From Octopus bimaculoides (lineage: Eukaryota): a DNA stretch of 38,962 bases. A program made the position numbers and the translations under genes. The DNA lies in assembly GCF_001194135.2 (NCBI RefSeq), contig NC_068989.1, positions 7,288,694 through 7,327,655 on the forward strand. The letters run 5' to 3'. Shown piece by piece: positions 35,585 through 38,962 of the stretch. The notes beneath the pieces are model-generated. The model worked only from the letters and a program-made list of their open reading frames with translations. It made no database searches and was not told the origin of the DNA. The first letter of the stretch is position 1, and each line of letters begins with the position of its first letter.

Positions 35585-35907
35585 TAAAACAGTTTCATTC
35601 AGCGTGCTCGTAGGCTTTGGGCTGCATCGAACCAAATCAAACCGTTTCAAATAATGATACATGTAACTCCTAGTAAATGTATTGAGTGCTTCTTTTTTTG
35701 TGCACACACCCGTACGTCTCTGTGTGTGTGTGTACGCGCACGTGCAGTGTGCAAGTATGTCTCTTCTATTTTTAATCCTTTAAATTCTTCTTCTGAAGAA
35801 GGAACTGATGTCAAACAAAGACACAAAACTCCGTTTTCGGTATGTAGATAACATAAACAATGTCAGATTTTAAACCTAATATTCATTCTACACATGCATC
35901 TTTGTAG

Positions 35908-36055
35908 TTGAGAAAGAAAACATAAGACTTATTGGAGGAAGGACTCCAGCAGAAGGTCGAGTTGAAATATATTTCAATGGCAGCTGGGGAACAGTGTGTG
36001 ACGATTCCTGGGACGACAGTGATGCTCTGGTCGTATGCCGAATGCTTGGATACAG
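35908..36055 (+). CDS. SRCR domain first half ([48 protein letters not shown])
   Basis: tttgtag| acceptor, AG|GTAAGA donor; RLxGG-EGRVE-WGTVCDD-W-D-VVCRxLG is the canonical SRCR signature. Confidence 0.95.
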
Positions 36056-36691
36056 GTAAGAAGACGGAGATTTAGTAAAACTTTATTTTAACCTGTCTAC
36101 TGTGGTTACTTCTGTAAAATGCGAGAGACTTAATAGAAAACATCAGGAGCACAATAGAAAACTCGAGTGCAACTTATACATGAAACACAACTAAATCTAT
36201 GAAGGGAAAAAATTTTGTACCAAGATTTAACATTAAATCAGGAGTAACCATATATATATATATANNNNNNNNNNNNNNNNNNNNNNNNNNNNNNNNNNNN
36301 NNNNNNNNNNNNNNNNNNNNNNNNNNNNNNNNNNNNNNNNNNNNNNNNNNNNNNNNNNNNNNNNNNNNNNNNNNNNNNNNNNNNNNNNNNNNNNNNNNNN
36401 NNNNNNNNNNNNNNNNNNNNNNNNNNNNNNNNNNNNNNNNNNNNNNNNNNNNNNNNNNNNNNNNNNNNNNNNNNNNNNNNNNNNNNNNNNNNNNNNNNNN
36501 NNNNNNNNNNNNNNNNNNNNNNNNNNNNNNNNNNNNNNNNNNNNNNNNNNNNNNNNNNNNNNNNNNNNNNNNNNNNNNNNNNNNNNNNNNNNNNNNNNNN
36601 NNNNNNNNNNNNNNNNNNNNNNNNNNNNNNNNNNNNNNNNNNNNNNNNNNNNNNNNTATATATATATATATATATGATTTGTAAATTGCAG

Positions 36692-36855
36692 TGATGGTAT
36701 AGCCTACAGAAAGGCAAAATTTGGAGAAGGTTCTGGACCCATTTGGTTAGACGAGGTACAATGTGATGAAACAGAATACAACATCGAAGATTGCCTTCAG
36801 AACGCTTATGGAGACCACAACTGTGACCATTCATCAGATGCTGGTGTTCTTTGCA
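36692..36855 (+). CDS. SRCR domain second half (DGIAYRKAKFGEGSGPIWLDEVQCDETEYNIEDCLQNAYGDHNCDHSSDAGVLC)
   Basis: attgcag| acceptor in phase 2 matching the previous exon, A|GTATGT donor in phase 1; FGEGSGPIWLDEVxC and HNCxHxxDAGVxC motifs. Confidence 0.95.
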
Positions 36856-36927
36856 GTATGTACTTTCCTTTCTTTCTAGCTTACATAACTCCAGATGGGG
36901 CGCCGCTCTTTATGTGTGCGAGTGTAT

Positions 36928-36973
<46 letters not shown>

Positions 36974-37022
36974 TTATATATACAGGAGGATACGCATGCC
37001 CTGTCTTCTGTATGCGTGTTTA

Positions 37023-37064
<42 letters not shown>

Positions 37065-38962
37065 CCTGTTAGCGAGGGGAAAAAACAGTTTGTAGCATGA
37101 ATTTATCACAAAAATAAAGATCTTATCAGGACATGATACTGTCATTGTGCGGTCAAGCTGGTACTTGAATTTATACAGCTATTCACATCATTAACCCTAT
37201 CTCAACACTGGGAAAACCGAAAATTAAATCTACCAGCGTCACTCAAGTCTCTTGACTGTCGTTATCATAATTAATCTTGATAAATTTGAGTTACTCTTTG
37301 TTCTCATAATTGGCTAGCTTGTTCTGAGAAACACGGTTGTAGAATATATTCTGCTTACAAAAATATTTATATTTACATATAGATTATATATTCATGAGAT
37401 TATGCTTTGGACTGCTTTTTGACTAGCTAAAGTACACATGTGCATCAAGCATGTGTGTGTGCTTGTATGGGTGTGTTTATATACATGTGTGTGTGCGCAT
37501 GAGCGTGCATGTGTGCAGGTGAGTGTTCGTACCAGTGCAAACACGCTATCTTAAACATAGCGTATGTCACTGACACTGTGTTTCATGTGTAGTGATTTGT
37601 TAAGCCATATTGGTGAAGATATATATATATATAATGTAGTCATTGGTAATGGTCGGTCAGAAAGTTACGATTGGTTTCCCTTGTATTATTGCTCTTAGCA
37701 ATATAGGCGACTCATTTTACCCACTAGTCAGAGGCACATAACCTCTTTATTAATGGAGACAAGAATACAATCTTGGTTAGTATAGTAGTGAAAACAAAAA
37801 GCCCTGAAATGAAATTCTTCGAAGTGAAAACCCCTTCTGAGAGAAACAGAGTTATCTCCTTTTGAATGTTCCAGTTGTGTTCGAAAAGGGTGAGCGCATA
37901 TGCGTTTTCCATTCACTAGTCAGCAAGCGGGGAACCTTACTTGTTTTCCAACACAAATTTCTTATCATGAGGGCACAAACTAAACATCTCAGTTCTTGAT
38001 TTTAAGCAAGCCTCTGGATCAAGCGAATTCTTTTAGGATCTTTGCTCTTTCGGCCAAGCAAAGTTTGTATTGTCTGCTTTCATTAAGATATGGTTAAGGC
38101 TTCCATTTAAGGAGCTTCCATTTAAGCTTGTTTGACGTCTCTCTTCTTTTAAATGTTTGATGTCTCTCTTCTTTTTAGGTAGTTAGGCAAAGATGTAACG
38201 TTACGCCTCTCTAGGATCTTAAAAGAGTACCTGTGTTTATTTAGTGGCAGCTTAAAAGGGCCCTCCTTTACTCCATTGTATTTTGTGTATGTGTCCTTAT
38301 GTTTTTGGTGCTGTCATTGTTACTGTTACTGACGGACACCACCTCTTCCTCTTAGATCATAGCCTTGGAGCTGCATCGGCTGCCTACTGGGCACTCAGTG
38401 TTAATCCTACATGTCTACGTGCGGCATTTAAGGGCATTCACTAACATCTATTTTACACTGGCCACACAGCTGAATGAGACCCTTATGCTGTGTCTGTTAA
38501 ATAATCGTCCGTACCAATGGGATTGCATAAAATGGGCCCCTGCGCCATTAGAATCCATATATGGAGCGCCATGTTAATATCTAAGGGGCCCATCCCCTCA
38601 AGTTTGAGAATTTTTTATTCACTCCTGAAAGAATGCATTAATTATTTCAGTCTGGCTGTGTTTGTAGACCGTTGAAAAGAATACTTTTTAACAAAAAAAA
38701 AAAAAAATTAAATTATAGCATTGTAGTTGCAGGTGGACCACCTTAGTCTCCTGGCAACCAATATCTTTAGACCCAGCCTGCCACTGCATACACGCACGCA
38801 CACACACACACACACACACACATTGCGTATATTCATAAACATGTGGACATAGGTGGGTGCCTAACTTTCACTCTGATAATATTCCGTTTTTTCCATTTTT
38901 CTCTTTTCTCTGAATGATACCTCCACATAGAGCACGTATCTGTGCGAATGGTTGGCAGTGAC

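Noticed and set aside
35523-35654. MMGRLLLLLLLL... as the SRCR signal peptide
   Set aside because: Poly-Leu is an (ATT)n microsatellite, there is no phase-1 donor, and a better signal exon exists at 33978-34056
34788-35839. Extra SRCR exons 34788-34842 (MEYLAILNNF...) and 35799-35839 (GTDVKQRHKTPFS)
   Set aside because: The first is not a signal peptide and is out of phase with the signal exon; the second ends in phase 0 and would need a non-first AG. Left as unverified alternatives.
1288-36834. Long ORFs containing X runs
   Set aside because: Artefacts of N gaps read without stop codons

Overview
AT-rich, repeat-dense animal genomic DNA with 8 assembly gaps (1502-1816, 3176-3275, 5567-5737, 8101-8110, 16418-16811, 29163-29388, 32864-33119, 36265-36656). 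The SINE families and microsatellite density resemble octopus/cephalopod DNA (inference, not searched). Two spliced + strand genes are well supported. (1) RCC1 (Ran GEF, 7-bladed beta-propeller): 10 phase-consistent coding exons from 18972 to the stop at 29144, plus a probable first exon at 17380-17490. (2) A secreted-type SRCR-domain gene: signal-peptide exon 33978-34056 and a 6-Cys SRCR domain over exons 35908-36055 and 36692-36855; its 3' end is unresolved. Left of RCC1, a series of minus-strand splice signals suggests an unrecognised divergently transcribed gene, possibly a small signal-peptide + C-terminal hydrophobic protein; this is the most novel candidate but is unproven. The rest is three SINE-like families, piggyBac-like and mariner MITEs, a truncated mariner, a decayed LINE RT, a 42-bp tandem array and microsatellites. 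No CRISPR, rRNA or tRNA gene was found, and I cannot support a new multi-gene system. Almost all ORFs in the supplied track are artefacts of repeats, microsatellites or N gaps.
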